NCBI GenBank assembly: GCA_050246035.1
Contig: JBFWWT010000005.1
Location: 16,575 to 80,574 of the forward strand
Reading direction: 5' to 3'
DNA from: Burkholderiales bacterium
GTDB taxonomy: Bacteria > Pseudomonadota > Gammaproteobacteria > Burkholderiales > SG8-39
Length of the DNA: 64,000 nucleotides
The notes beneath the pieces are model-generated. The model searched no databases and was not told the origin of the DNA. It saw nothing but the letters and a program-made list of their open reading frames with translations. The position numbers were made by a program, and so were the translations under genes. Numbering within the stretch: the stretch's first letter is position 1; each line of letters starts with the position of its first letter. This document shows positions 27,807-38,097 of this stretch, piece after piece.

Positions 27807-29755
27807 CGGCGGCTCTCCAGGTAGTGGAGCGGCCCGCCGCGGAACGGCGCGAAGCCGGTGCCGAAGATGAGGCCCGCGTCGATCAGCTCGGCGTCCGCGA
27901 CGATGCCCTCGGCGAGCACGGCCTTCGCTTCGCTCAGGTAGGGATCGATCAGGGCGTCGACCAGCGCCTGGTCCCAGGCGCCGGCGGCTTCCTTCACGGG
28001 CTTGCCGCGCTCGTAGCGGTAGATGCCCTGGCCGGTCTTCCGGCCGAGTTGTCCCAGCGCCACCTTGTCGAGGAGCGCGCGCGGCGCCTCGGGTTCGCCG
28101 TGCGCGCCCTTCTTCGCGAGCGACTTGCCGGCGGCGAGGCAGATGTCCAGGCCCACCGTGTCGGCGAGCTCGATCGGGCCCATCGGCATGCCGAAGGCTT
28201 CCATCGCCGCGTCGATGGTCTCGGGCTTCACGCCCTCGTCCAGCATGCGGAAGGCGTTCTGCATGTAGGGCCCGAGCACGCGGTTGACGAGGAAGCCGGG
28301 CGAGTCCTTCGCCGGCAGCGGCAGCTTGTCGATCTGGCGCACGAAGGCGATCGCCTTCTTCGTCATCTCCTCGCGCGTGCCCTCGCCCGAGACCACCTCC
28401 ACCAGCTGCAGCTGCGGCACCGGGTTGAAGAAGTGGATGCCGACGAGCCGCGAGGGATCCTTGAAGTTCGCGGCGATGTCGGCGAGCTTGAGGCTCGAGG
28501 TGTTCGTGGCGAGGACCGCATCCGGCTTCGCGGCGGCTTCGAGCTTCGCGAACAGCTCGCGCTTCGCCTGCAGGTCCTCGAAGATCGCCTCGATCACCAC
28601 GTCGGCGCGCGCCGCGCCCGCGCCGGCGACGTCGGGGATGAGGCGGTCGAGCGCGTCGCGCACGCGGCGCTTGTCCTTGAGGCGCTTCTGGAAAAGCGCC
28701 GCCGCGCGCTTCACCGCGGGCGCGATGCGCTCGGGCGAGGTGTCCTGCAGCGTCACGCGGATGCCGCGCATCGCGCATACCGCCGCGATGTCGCCGCCCA
28801 TCACGCCCGCGCCCACGACGTGCACGTGCCGCGCCTTGAAGTCCACGCCCCTGGCGAGGCCCTTCATGCGCTCCTGCAGGAAGAAGATGCGGATCAGGTT
28901 GCGCGTGGTCGGGTGGTTCGAGAGCGCCTTGATCGAGGTGAGCGGGTCCTCGGGATTCACGAAGGGATCGCCGTCGTACTTCACCCAGGCCTCCAGGATC
29001 GCGTAGGGCGCCGGGTAGTGCTCGCGGCGCGCGCGCTTCGCCACCTGCTTGCGCGCCTGGGCCGCGACGAAGCGCCGCCCCACGGCGAGGAGCAGCCGGT
29101 CCACGAAGCCGGGCTGCCGCCGCGGCTTCGCCGCCAGGGTGACCATGCGCGCCGTGTTCTCGAGGATGCGCAGGGGCACGGCCTCGTCGACGAGGCCGAT
29201 GCGCTTCGCGCGGCGCGCGTCCACCGCGCGCCCGGTGAGGATCATGTCGAGCGCCGCCGCGGGGCCGGTGAGCTTCGGCAGCCACTGCAGGCCGTGCCAG
29301 AACGGCCAGATGCCGAGCATCACCTCGGGGAAGGCGAAGCGCGTCTTCGGGTCGTCGAGCGCCACGCGGTAGGTGCAGGCGAGCGACAGTTCCAGGCCCC
29401 CGCCCATGCAGAAGCCGTTCACCATCGCCGTGGTGGGGAAGGGGAGGTCGCGCAGCCTCTGCAGCGTGTCCCAGCCCAGGCGGGTGAAGGCGACCGCCTC
29501 CTCGGGCGTCGCGAAGCGCACGAACTGGTTGATGTCGGCGCCGGCGATGAAGTTGTCCTTCGCCGAGCGGATGACGAGGCCCTTGGGCTTCGCGTCGGCG
29601 ATCGCATCGAGCGCGGCGCCCAGCTCCTCGAGCGCCTCGCGCGAGAAGGTGTTCGTGGACTCGCCGGCCTTGTCGAAGGTGAGCCAGGCGAGGTCGTCGC
29701 GGCCTTTTTCCCAGCGCCAGTGCTTGAACAGGGTATCGGTCTTCGCGCGGTCCAT
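27803..29755 (-). CDS. fadB: Enoyl-CoA hydratase / 3-hydroxyacyl-CoA dehydrogenase (FadB/FadJ-type)
   Basis: FIAGAD, GGGLE, PEV.LG; GAGVMG, NTSS, GIHFFNP, PGFLVNR. Confidence 0.9.
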   Translation of the reverse strand: MDRAKTDTLFKHWRWEKGRDDLAWLTFDKAGESTNTFSREALEELGAALDAIADAKPKGLVIRSAKDNFIAGADINQFVRFATPEEAVAFTRLGWDTLQRLRDLPFPTTAMVNGFCMGGGLELSLACTYRVALDDPKTRFAFPEVMLGIWPFWHGLQWLPKLTGPAAALDMILTGRAVDARRAKRIGLVDEAVPLRILENTARMVTLAAKPRRQPGFVDRLLLAVGRRFVAAQARKQVAKRARREHYPAPYAILEAWVKYDGDPFVNPEDPLTSIKALSNHPTTRNLIRIFFLQERMKGLARGVDFKARHVHVVGAGVMGGDIAAVCAMRGIRVTLQDTSPERIAPAVKRAAALFQKRLKDKRRVRDALDRLIPDVAGAGAARADVVIEAIFEDLQAKRELFAKLEAAAKPDAVLATNTSSLKLADIAANFKDPSRLVGIHFFNPVPQLQLVEVVSGEGTREEMTKKAIAFVRQIDKLPLPAKDSPGFLVNRVLGPYMQNAFRMLDEGVKPETIDAAMEAFGMPMGPIELADTVGLDICLAAGKSLAKKGAHGEPEAPRALLDKVALGQLGRKTGQGIYRYERGKPVKEAAGAWDQALVDALIDPYLSEAKAVLAEGIVADAELIDAGLIFGTGFAPFRGGPLHYLESRR

Positions 29756-29757
29756 GG

Positions 29758-31053
29758 TCAGGCGGCCTCCACGAGCATGGCGCCGCCCAGGCCGCCGCCG
29801 ATGCAGATCGAGGCCATGCCGCGCTTCGCCTTCCTGCGCTGCAGGAGCTTGAGCAGGTGAAGGACGATCCGCGCGCCGGAGGCCCCGACCGGGTGGCCGA
29901 GCGCCACGGCGCCGCCGTCCACGTTCAGGCGCTCCTCGTCCAGCTCGCCCATGGCGCGCTCCAGGCCCAGCTGCTCGCGGCAATACGTCTCGTCCTTCCA
30001 GGCGGCGAGGCACCCGAGCACCTGCGCGGCGAACGCTTCGTTGATCTCCCAGTAATCGAGGTCGCCGAGCGCGAGGCCCTGCCGCTGCAGGATCGGCGTC
30101 GCCGCGTGCACCGGGCCGAGGCCCATCTGCGCCGGATCGAGGCCGGCCCATTGCGAGTCCAGGATGCGCCCGAGGGGCCGGAGATCGTGGCGCTTCACCG
30201 CCTCCTCGGAGGCAAGGAGCAGCCAGGCCGCCCCGTCGGTGATCTGCGAGCTGTTGCCCGGGGTGATGTTGCCGTACTTGCGATCGAAAAAGGGCTTGAG
30301 CTTGGCCAGGCCCTCCACCGAGGCGTCGCGGCGCACGCCGTCGTCGAGGCTGTAGGCGTCGCCCTTTGCGTCATAGACGGCCTCCACCTCGCCGCCGCCC
30401 GCCTTGAGCGGGCCCTCGTCCTGCGCGCGCGCGACACGCTGGTGGCTGCGCACCGCGTAGGCGTCCATCTGCGCGCGCGTGATGCCGAAGCGGTGCGCCA
30501 GGTTCTCCGCCGTCTGTCCCATGAGCAGCCCGACCATCGGATCGGTGAGCCCCTTCATGATGCCGATCACCGGCGCGAGCAGCGACTTGAGCGGCAGGCG
30601 CGCGAAGAGCGCCGCGCGCTGCCCGGCCGTCTTCGCCGCCGCCATGTCGGAGAACCAGTTGACCATCGCGTCGTTGTAGAGCAGCGGCGCGCGCGAGAGC
30701 GCGTCCACGCCGCCCGCGAGCACGAGCTGCGAGCGCCCGGAGAGGATGTTGGCGATGCCCGAGTCGAGCGCCTGCATGCCGCTCGCGCAGTTGCGCATCA
30801 CCGTCCAGCCGGGGACCTTCTCGCCGCAGCCCATGCGCAGCGCGGCGACGCGGCCGATGTTCACCTCGTCGACCGAGGGCGCGGCGCAGCCCAGGATCAC
30901 CTCGTCGAGCTCCTGCGGCGCGAACGGCTGGCGTACGAGCAGCGCGCGGCCCGCCTGCGCGGCGAGGTCGCCCGCGGAGAACGGCCCGGGGCGGTTCTTG
31001 GACTTCAGGAACGGCGAGCGTGCGCCGTCGATCACGTAGACGGGGGATCTCAT
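29758..31053 (-). CDS. Acetyl-CoA C-acyltransferase (thiolase)
   Basis: RNCASG, EINEAFA, GHPVGASG, CIGGG. Confidence 0.93.
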   Translation of the reverse strand: MRSPVYVIDGARSPFLKSKNRPGPFSAGDLAAQAGRALLVRQPFAPQELDEVILGCAAPSVDEVNIGRVAALRMGCGEKVPGWTVMRNCASGMQALDSGIANILSGRSQLVLAGGVDALSRAPLLYNDAMVNWFSDMAAAKTAGQRAALFARLPLKSLLAPVIGIMKGLTDPMVGLLMGQTAENLAHRFGITRAQMDAYAVRSHQRVARAQDEGPLKAGGGEVEAVYDAKGDAYSLDDGVRRDASVEGLAKLKPFFDRKYGNITPGNSSQITDGAAWLLLASEEAVKRHDLRPLGRILDSQWAGLDPAQMGLGPVHAATPILQRQGLALGDLDYWEINEAFAAQVLGCLAAWKDETYCREQLGLERAMGELDEERLNVDGGAVALGHPVGASGARIVLHLLKLLQRRKAKRGMASICIGGGLGGAMLVEAA

Positions 31054-31054
31054 C

Positions 31055-33532
31055 TCAGGCGGCCTTGGCTTGTGGTTTCTCGGCGGCGAGCCGGGCGACG
31101 ATCTCGGCGCGGCCGAAATCCTGCGGGAAATCGTCGACCAGGATGACGCGCTTGCGCAGCGCTTCCTTCCTTTGCCACTGCGCGTGCTCCTCGGCGGTAA
31201 GCACGCCGCGCTCGCGCGCGAGGAGCGCGGTGTCCGTGCCCGAGCGCGGCTCGAGCGCACCGGCCTTCACCGCGTCGCGCAGCTTGCGGTCGATCGGCTC
31301 GCAGGCGATGCAGGCCTGGAACGCAGCCTCGAGCACGCCGGTCGCGTCGGACTCGCCCCGCGCGCGGTAAGTGCCCGCGGTCAGGCGGTCGCGCGCCTCG
31401 CCCGGCTCGAGCACGATGCGCGCGCACTCGTGGTTGCGCCGGTCGAGCGGCGGGCGGAACGGCGTGCCGAGCGGGAAGATCGTCCAGCGCAGCAGGCTCG
31501 CGAGCGGCTTCACCGGGAAGTTGGACAGCACCTGGTCGATTGCCTGCTGCGCGGAATAGAGCGCGTCGCGCACCGCCCAGCGCACGAGCGGCAGGTCGGC
31601 CTTCGGGCGTCCCTGGTCCTCGTAGCGCTTCAGCGTCGCGGAGACGAGGTACATCAGGGAGAGCACGTCGCCGAGGCGCCCGGAGATCTTTTCCTTCCTC
31701 TTCAGCGCGCCGCCCATGGCGAGCATGGAGACGTCGGCGAGGAAGGCGAAGGCCGCGGACAGGCGCGCCACCTGCCGGTAGTAATGGCGCGTCTCCGGCG
31801 CGGCCTGGCGCGGCGCACGCGCGAAGGCGGCGCGCGTCAGGCCGTGCAGGAAGGCGCGCACGCCGTTGGAGAGCGTGTGCCCGATGTGCGCGGTGAAGGC
31901 ATCGTCGAACTCGCGCGAGGCCTCGGCCCCCTGCAGCTCCTTCGCGGCGCGCATCTCGCGCAGCACGTACGGATGGCAGCGGATCGCGCCCTGGCCGAAG
32001 ATGATGAGCGTGCGCGTGAGAATGTTCGCGCCCTCCACGGTGATGCCGACGGGCATCACCTGGTAGCCGCGCCCGATCCAGTTGTTCGGCCCCAGGCAGA
32101 TGCCCTTGCCGCCGTGGATGTCCATGCCGTCGTTCACGCAGTCGCGCGCGCGCTCGGTGAGGTGGTACTTCACGATCGCCGAGACCACGGAGGGCTTCTC
32201 GCCCAGGTCGATGGCGCCCGCGGTCATGACGCGCGTCGCGTCCATCAGGTAGGCGTTGGCGGCGATGCGCCCCAGGGCTTCTTCCACGCCCTCGAGCTTG
32301 CCGATCGGCGTCCTGAACTGGCTGCGCACGCGCGCGTAGGCGCCGGTCGCGCGCGCGAGGGCTTTCGCGCCGCCCGCGGAAGACGCGGGCAGCGAGATCG
32401 AGCGTCCCGCCGCGAGGCAGTTCATGAGCATCATCCAGCCCTTGCCCGCGTACTCGCGCCCGCCGATGATCCAGTCGATCGGCACGAACACGTCCTTGCC
32501 CCAGTTGGGGCCGTTCTGGAACACCGCGTTCAGGGGCAGGTGGCGCCGTCCGATGTGCACGCCCGGCGTCGAGGCGGGGATGAGCGCGCAGGTGATGCCG
32601 AGGTCCTCGTTCCCGCCGAGCAGATGCTCGGGGTCGTACAGGCGAAAGGCGAGGCCGAGCAGCGTCGCCACCGGCCCGAGCGTGATGTAGCGCTTGTCCC
32701 AGGTGAGCCGCATGCCGAGCACTTCCTTGCCCTGCCACTCGCCCCTGCACACCACGCCGAAGTCCGGAATCGAGGCCGCGTCCGAGCCGGCCTCGGGGCT
32801 GGTGAGCGCGAAGCAGGGGATCTCCTGCCCGCGCGCGAGGCGCGGCAGGTAGTGGTTCTTCTGCTCCTCGGTGCCGTAGTGCAGCAGCAGCTCCGCGGGC
32901 CCGAGCGAGTTCGGCACCATCACCGTCACCGAGAGCGCGTTGGAGCGCGAGGCGAGCTTCGACACCACCTCCGAGTGGCCGAACGCGGAGAAGCCGAGGC
33001 CGCCGTACTTCTTCGGGATGATCATGCCGAAGAAGCCCTGGTCCTTGAGGAACTGCCAGAGCTGCGGCGGCAGGTCCTGGCGCTCGTGCGTGATCTCCCA
33101 GTCGTTGGCCATCGCGCAGGCCTCTTCCACGGGCCCGTCGAGAAAGGCCTGCTCTTCGGCCGACAGGCGCGGCGCGGGCGTGGCGAGCAGCCGATCCCAG
33201 TCCGGGCGGCCGGAAAAGAGATCGCCGTCCCACCACACGCTGCCCGCGTCGATCGCCTCCTTCTCGGTGGAGGACATGTCGGGCAGGATGCGGCGGTAGG
33301 CGGCGAGCACAGGGTCGCTCAGCACGCGCCGGCGCAGCGCCGGCAGATTGAGCATCACGGCCGCCGCGGCGAAGGCGATGGCGAGCGGAAGGTTAACCGC
33401 CGGTCCGAGGCCGAGCGTCGCCGCCCAGGCGGCGCCCAGCACGCCGACGGCGGCGGTCCAGACGAAGATCGGCGCGCGCAGGGCGGCCAGCGCGACGAGC
33501 GCGGCGACGGTGGCGAGGGCGAAGGGGATCAT
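31055..33532 (-). CDS. fadE: Membrane-anchored acyl-CoA dehydrogenase FadE
   Basis: N-terminal TM, VPNSLGP, FALTSP.AGSDA, ITVEGANILTR. Confidence 0.93.
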   Translation of the reverse strand: MIPFALATVAALVALAALRAPIFVWTAAVGVLGAAWAATLGLGPAVNLPLAIAFAAAAVMLNLPALRRRVLSDPVLAAYRRILPDMSSTEKEAIDAGSVWWDGDLFSGRPDWDRLLATPAPRLSAEEQAFLDGPVEEACAMANDWEITHERQDLPPQLWQFLKDQGFFGMIIPKKYGGLGFSAFGHSEVVSKLASRSNALSVTVMVPNSLGPAELLLHYGTEEQKNHYLPRLARGQEIPCFALTSPEAGSDAASIPDFGVVCRGEWQGKEVLGMRLTWDKRYITLGPVATLLGLAFRLYDPEHLLGGNEDLGITCALIPASTPGVHIGRRHLPLNAVFQNGPNWGKDVFVPIDWIIGGREYAGKGWMMLMNCLAAGRSISLPASSAGGAKALARATGAYARVRSQFRTPIGKLEGVEEALGRIAANAYLMDATRVMTAGAIDLGEKPSVVSAIVKYHLTERARDCVNDGMDIHGGKGICLGPNNWIGRGYQVMPVGITVEGANILTRTLIIFGQGAIRCHPYVLREMRAAKELQGAEASREFDDAFTAHIGHTLSNGVRAFLHGLTRAAFARAPRQAAPETRHYYRQVARLSAAFAFLADVSMLAMGGALKRKEKISGRLGDVLSLMYLVSATLKRYEDQGRPKADLPLVRWAVRDALYSAQQAIDQVLSNFPVKPLASLLRWTIFPLGTPFRPPLDRRNHECARIVLEPGEARDRLTAGTYRARGESDATGVLEAAFQACIACEPIDRKLRDAVKAGALEPRSGTDTALLARERGVLTAEEHAQWQRKEALRKRVILVDDFPQDFGRAEIVARLAAEKPQAKAA

Positions 33533-33552
33533 GGCGTTCTCCTCGGTGACGT

Positions 33553-34236
33553 TCAGGCCGCGATGCGCTCGGCGCGTGCGCCGGCGAGCGGGGCGAGCAG
33601 GCCCGCGCCCAGGAACGCGACGAGCCGCTCCTCGAGCACGCCCGCGTCGTAGCGGTCCTCGGGCTTCGCGCCGGCGATGAGCTGCACGGTGTCGGTGGCG
33701 GCGAGGGTGTAGGCGAGCGTGCCGAACATGAAGTGCATGCGCCAGACGAGCTCGTCCTGTGGCAGCTCGGGCAGGGCGCGCAAGAAGGCCGCCTTGAAGC
33801 GCTCCATGGCGGGCGCGTACATGCGGCCGATCAGCTGTCGGATGGTCTTCGCCGGCTCCGTGTAGGCGCGCCCGAGCAGCCGCGAGAAAGTGCGCCCGCC
33901 GCCGCGCGTGTCCCCGATCATGGCGAGGCTAGGGCGCAGGAACGCGCGGATGATCGCCTCCGGCGCGAGCGGCTTGCCGCCCGCCTCCTGCTCGATCCGC
34001 TCGAGCGCCGCGAGGCGCTCGGCGTTCATGGGATCGAGGCGCCGCCGGAACACCGCCTCGACGAGCGCGTCCTTCGAGCCGAAGTGGTAGTTGATCGCGG
34101 CGAGGTTGACGCCCGCGCTCGCGGTGAGCATGCGCATCGATGCGCCTTCGAAGCCGTGCTGCATGAACAGCTCTTCGGCTGCGTCGAGGATGCGGGTCTG
34201 GGTCTCTTTCAGGGGCTTGATGGCGCGGACGCTCAT
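33553..34236 (-). CDS. psrA: TetR-family regulator, PsrA-like
   Basis: RILDAAEELF, VNLAAINYHFGSK, WRMHF; heads the fad operon; PsrA box upstream. Confidence 0.82.
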   Translation of the reverse strand: MSVRAIKPLKETQTRILDAAEELFMQHGFEGASMRMLTASAGVNLAAINYHFGSKDALVEAVFRRRLDPMNAERLAALERIEQEAGGKPLAPEAIIRAFLRPSLAMIGDTRGGGRTFSRLLGRAYTEPAKTIRQLIGRMYAPAMERFKAAFLRALPELPQDELVWRMHFMFGTLAYTLAATDTVQLIAGAKPEDRYDAGVLEERLVAFLGAGLLAPLAGARAERIAA

Positions 34237-34248
34237 GTCGGACTCGCT

Positions 34249-34266
34249 TTCAAACGAACGTTTGAA
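34249..34266. promoter_or_regulatory. PsrA operator
   Basis: TTCAAACGAACGTTTGAA = CAAAC-N4-GTTTG palindrome. Confidence 0.85.
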
Positions 34267-34295
34267 TGGTAGGGGTCGAGTCCCTTGCGCGTCAA
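34266..34295 (-). promoter_or_regulatory. sigma70 promoter of the psrA-fad operon
   Basis: TTGACG-18-TACCAT on the - strand, abutting the operator. Confidence 0.65.
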
Positions 34296-34337
34296 GGGTT
34301 TCGGCGCTGCGCACTGCATTAGAATCCGCGCCTTCCC

Positions 34338-36158
34338 ATGTCCGATCAGGCGCCGCGCGTACCCTCCCCCCCGCCGACGCGGGGAAGCGACTGGCGGGTG
34401 CTCGGCTCGCTGCTGCCCTACCTGTGGGAATACCGCTGGCGCGTGGCGGTGGCGCTCGCCTTCCTGGTCGGCGCCAAGCTCGCCAACGTCGCGGTGCCGC
34501 TCGTGCTGAAGGAGGTGGTCGACGGGCTCGACCCCACCCTGGCCGTGCTCACGGTGCCGGCGGCGCTGCTCGCCGCGTACGGCCTGCTGCGCTTCTCGAC
34601 GACCCTGTTCGCCGAGCTGCGCGACGCGGTCTTCGTGCGCGTCGTGCAGCGCGCGATGCGCCGCGTGGCGCTCGGCGTGTTCCGGCACCTGCACGAGCTC
34701 TCGCTGCGCTTTCACCTGGAGCGCCAGACCGGCGGCATGACGCGCGACATCGAGCGCGGCACGCGCGGCATCTCGTCGCTGCTCAGCTACATGATCTTCT
34801 CGATCATCCCGGTGATCCTCGAGTTCGCGCTGGTGGCGGCCGTGCTGCTCGCGAAGTTCGACTGGCGCTTCGCCGCCATCACCTTCGGCGCGGTGGCCGC
34901 GTACCTGCTGTTCACGTTCCTCGTCTCCGAGTGGCGCATCGCCATCCGCAAGCGCGCCAACGAGCTCGACTCGCGCGCCAACACGCGCGCCATCGACAGC
35001 CTGCTCAACTACGAGACGGTGAAGTACTTCGGCAACGAGGAGTTCGAGGCGCGCCGCTACGACGAGAGCCTGCGCCGCTACGAGGACGCGGCCACCCGGA
35101 GCGAGACCTCGCTCGGCCTGCTCAACGTCGGCCAGGCCCTGATCATCGCGGCGGCGCTCACCGCGCTCATGTTCCTCGTCGCCGAGGGCGTGGCCGCGCG
35201 CAGCCTGTCGCTCGGCGACCTGGTGCTGGTGAACGCGCTGCTCATCCAGCTCTACATCCCGCTCAATTTCCTCGGCATGGTGTACCGCGAGATCAAGCAG
35301 TCGCTCGCCGACATGGAGCGCATGTTCCGGCTGCTCGGCGAGAACCTCGAGGTGCGCGACGCCCCCGGCGCGCCGGCGCTCGCCGCGGGCCCGGCCACGG
35401 TGGAGTTCCGCGACGTGGACTTCGCCTACGAACCGGCGCGGCAGATCCTGCACGCGGTGTCGTTTCGCATCGGCGCGGGCGAGCGCGTCGCCGTGGTCGG
35501 CCACTCCGGCTCGGGCAAGTCGACGCTCGCGCGGCTGCTCTATCGCTTCTACGACGTGGGCGGCGGCGCGATCCTGGTGAGCGGCGCCGACGTCCGCGGT
35601 GTCACGCAGGCGAGCCTGCGCGCGGCGATCGGCATCGTGCCGCAGGACACCGTGCTCTTCAACGACACCATCCTCTACAACATCCGCTACGGGCGGCCCG
35701 AGGCGAGCGAGGCCGACGTGGTCGCGGCGGCGCGCGCGGCGCACATCCACGAGTTCATCGAGAGCCTGCCGCTGAAGTACCAGACCACGGTCGGCGAGCG
35801 CGGCCTCAAGCTCTCCGGCGGCGAGAAGCAGCGCGTGGCGATCGCACGCGCCATACTCAAGAACCCCTCGATCCTCATTTTCGACGAGGCCACCTCGGCG
35901 CTCGACTCCAAGTCCGAGCGCGCGATCCAGGCCGAGCTCGAGCGCGTCGCGCGCGGGCGCACCACGCTGGTCATCGCGCACCGGCTCTCGACCGTGATGG
36001 ACGCTGACCAGATCCTCGTGCTCGAGCAGGGCCGCATCACGGAGCGCGGCACGCACGAGGCGCTGCTCGCCGCGCGGGGGGAGTACGCGCGCATGTGGGC
36101 CCTGCAGCAGGAGGCCGCGCATGCCGAGGAGGTCCTCGAGCGCGCGAAGGCGGCCTGA
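34338..36158 (+). CDS. ATM1/ABCB7-like ABC exporter (TMD+NBD)
   Basis: [38 protein letters not shown]. Confidence 0.93.
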   Translation: MSDQAPRVPSPPPTRGSDWRVLGSLLPYLWEYRWRVAVALAFLVGAKLANVAVPLVLKEVVDGLDPTLAVLTVPAALLAAYGLLRFSTTLFAELRDAVFVRVVQRAMRRVALGVFRHLHELSLRFHLERQTGGMTRDIERGTRGISSLLSYMIFSIIPVILEFALVAAVLLAKFDWRFAAITFGAVAAYLLFTFLVSEWRIAIRKRANELDSRANTRAIDSLLNYETVKYFGNEEFEARRYDESLRRYEDAATRSETSLGLLNVGQALIIAAALTALMFLVAEGVAARSLSLGDLVLVNALLIQLYIPLNFLGMVYREIKQSLADMERMFRLLGENLEVRDAPGAPALAAGPATVEFRDVDFAYEPARQILHAVSFRIGAGERVAVVGHSGSGKSTLARLLYRFYDVGGGAILVSGADVRGVTQASLRAAIGIVPQDTVLFNDTILYNIRYGRPEASEADVVAAARAAHIHEFIESLPLKYQTTVGERGLKLSGGEKQRVAIARAILKNPSILIFDEATSALDSKSERAIQAELERVARGRTTLVIAHRLSTVMDADQILVLEQGRITERGTHEALLAARGEYARMWALQQEAAHAEEVLERAKAA

Positions 36159-36214
36159 GCCGGAATAGATCTCATCTTTTTCCTCAACGTCCACACCTAC
36201 CCCCTTATTTTTGC

Positions 36215-36243
36215 TTGCATTTCGGGTTTTGCCCCCTTACACT
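36215..36243 (+). promoter_or_regulatory. sigma70 promoter of pbpG
   Basis: TTGCAT-17-TACACT in an AT-rich gap. Confidence 0.65.
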
Positions 36244-36271
36244 GCGCCGACTCAGGCAGGGAACAAGGGAC

Positions 36272-37141
36272 ATGCGCTCGGGGGAACGGAGGCTGCACTC
36301 GCTCGAAAAGATCGTCGTCGTCGGCGCGCTCGCCGCAGTGCTGTTCGTCAGCATCGGCTTCGCGCAGGCGGGCGACGACGGCCCGCACCTGCGCTCGGCG
36401 GTCGCGCTGGTGCAGGACGCCGAGAGCGGCGAGACCCTCTACGAGAAGAACAGCGACACGATCCTGCCCATCGCCTCGATCACCAAGCTGATGACGGCGA
36501 TCGTGGTGCTGGAGCGCGGCCTCGACCTCGACGCCCGCGTGGCGGTGAGCTCGGCCGACCTGCGCGCGATGCGCGGCGCGCGCATGCCGGGACGCTTGCG
36601 CGCGGGCTCCGTGCTCTCGCGCGACGAGCTGCTGCTGCTCACGCTGATGGCCTCCGAGAACCGCGCGGCGGCCGCGCTCGCGCGCACCTACCCGGGGGGC
36701 ACCGAGGCGTTCGTGGCGGCGATGAACGCGGAGGCCGAGCGCCTCGGCCTGTACGACACGCGCTTTGCAGATCCGACGGGTCTTTCGCCCTACAACGTGT
36801 CCAGCGCGAAGGATCTCGTTGCGCTGGTGAAGGCGGCGCACGGCTACGCGCGGATCCGCGAGTACTCGACGCGCCCGAGCGCCAGCGTGCAGGCGCGCGG
36901 CGGTCGCATCACCTACAGCAACACCAACCGCCTGGTGAAGTCCGAGCAGTGGGACATCGAGCTCTCGAAGACCGGCTACATCGCGGCCGCCGGCCGCTGC
37001 CTGGTGATGCACGTGCGCCTCGCCTCGCGCGAGCTGGTGGTGGTCCTGCTGGATTCCTGGGGCAAGTACACGCGCATCGCCGACGCCCGGCGCATCCGCA
37101 AGTGGCTCGAGTCCAGCGTCGCCCCGGACGTGCGCGGCTAG
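36272..37141 (+). CDS. pbpG: D-alanyl-D-alanine endopeptidase (PBP7-like, S11)
   Basis: ASITK, SEN, KTG, GRCLV. Confidence 0.85.
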   Translation: MRSGERRLHSLEKIVVVGALAAVLFVSIGFAQAGDDGPHLRSAVALVQDAESGETLYEKNSDTILPIASITKLMTAIVVLERGLDLDARVAVSSADLRAMRGARMPGRLRAGSVLSRDELLLLTLMASENRAAAALARTYPGGTEAFVAAMNAEAERLGLYDTRFADPTGLSPYNVSSAKDLVALVKAAHGYARIREYSTRPSASVQARGGRITYSNTNRLVKSEQWDIELSKTGYIAAAGRCLVMHVRLASRELVVVLLDSWGKYTRIADARRIRKWLESSVAPDVRG

Positions 37142-38097
37142 GCCGCGTCCGCTTCTACGGCTCGGTCGTTCCCGCGGACAGCTTCCGCGAGGACGTGATC
37201 GAGGGCCTGTCGCAGGCGCAGAAGGCCCTGCCGCCGAAGTACTTCTACGACGCCGAGGGCAGCCGCCTGTTCGAGGCCATCTGCCGGCTGCCCGAGTACT
37301 ACCCGACGCGCGCCGAGCTCGCGCTCACGCGCGGCCACCTCGCCGACATCGCGCGCTTCGCAGGGCGCGGCTGCGAGCTGATCGAGTACGGCAGCGGCGC
37401 GAGCCTGAAGACGCGGCTGCTGATCGGCGCGCTGCGGCCCTCGGTCTACGTGCCGGTGGACATCTCGCCCTCGGCGCTCGCCAAGGCGGCGCAGCGCCTC
37501 GCGCGCGAGTTCGGCTGGCTGCACGTCTTCGCGGTGACGGGCGACTTTTCCCAGCCGCTGCGGCTGCCCGTCTACCGCGCGCGCGCCGGTCGGCGCCGCG
37601 TCGTCTACTTCCCTGGCTCGACCATCGGCAACATGACGCCGGGCGAGGCGCACGCCTTCCTCGCCATGAGCCGCGCGCAGGTGGGCGCAGGCGGGGCCAT
37701 GCTGATCGGCGTGGACCTGAAGAAGGACGCGAACGTCCTGCACGCCGCCTACAACGACGCGCGCGGCGTGACGGCGCGCTTCAACCTGAACCTGCTCGCG
37801 CGCATCAACCGCGAGCTCGGGGCGAACTTCGACCTGCGGCGCTTCCGCCACTACGCGTTCTACAACGCGCCGCTGTCGCGCATCGAGATGCACCTCGTGT
37901 CGCTCGCGCGCCAGGCCGTGCGCATCGGCCGGCACCGCTTCGAGTTCGACCGCGGCGAGACCATCCACACCGAGAACTCGTGCAAGTACTCGGTGGAGGC
38001 GTTCCGCGCGCTCGCGGCGGACGCGGGCTTCCGCGGCGCGAAGCTATGGCAGGACCGCCGGGGCTTGTTCGCCCTGCACGGCCTCGAGGCCGCCTAG
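37102..38097 (+). CDS. egtD: L-histidine N-alpha-methyltransferase; start uncertain (GTG 37102 or 37195)
   Basis: LPPKYFYD, EYYPTR, EYGSG, GSTIGN, AYND..GVTA.FN, TENS.KY. Confidence 0.9.
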   Translation: MARVQRRPGRARLGRVRFYGSVVPADSFREDVIEGLSQAQKALPPKYFYDAEGSRLFEAICRLPEYYPTRAELALTRGHLADIARFAGRGCELIEYGSGASLKTRLLIGALRPSVYVPVDISPSALAKAAQRLAREFGWLHVFAVTGDFSQPLRLPVYRARAGRRRVVYFPGSTIGNMTPGEAHAFLAMSRAQVGAGGAMLIGVDLKKDANVLHAAYNDARGVTARFNLNLLARINRELGANFDLRRFRHYAFYNAPLSRIEMHLVSLARQAVRIGRHRFEFDRGETIHTENSCKYSVEAFRALAADAGFRGAKLWQDRRGLFALHGLEAA

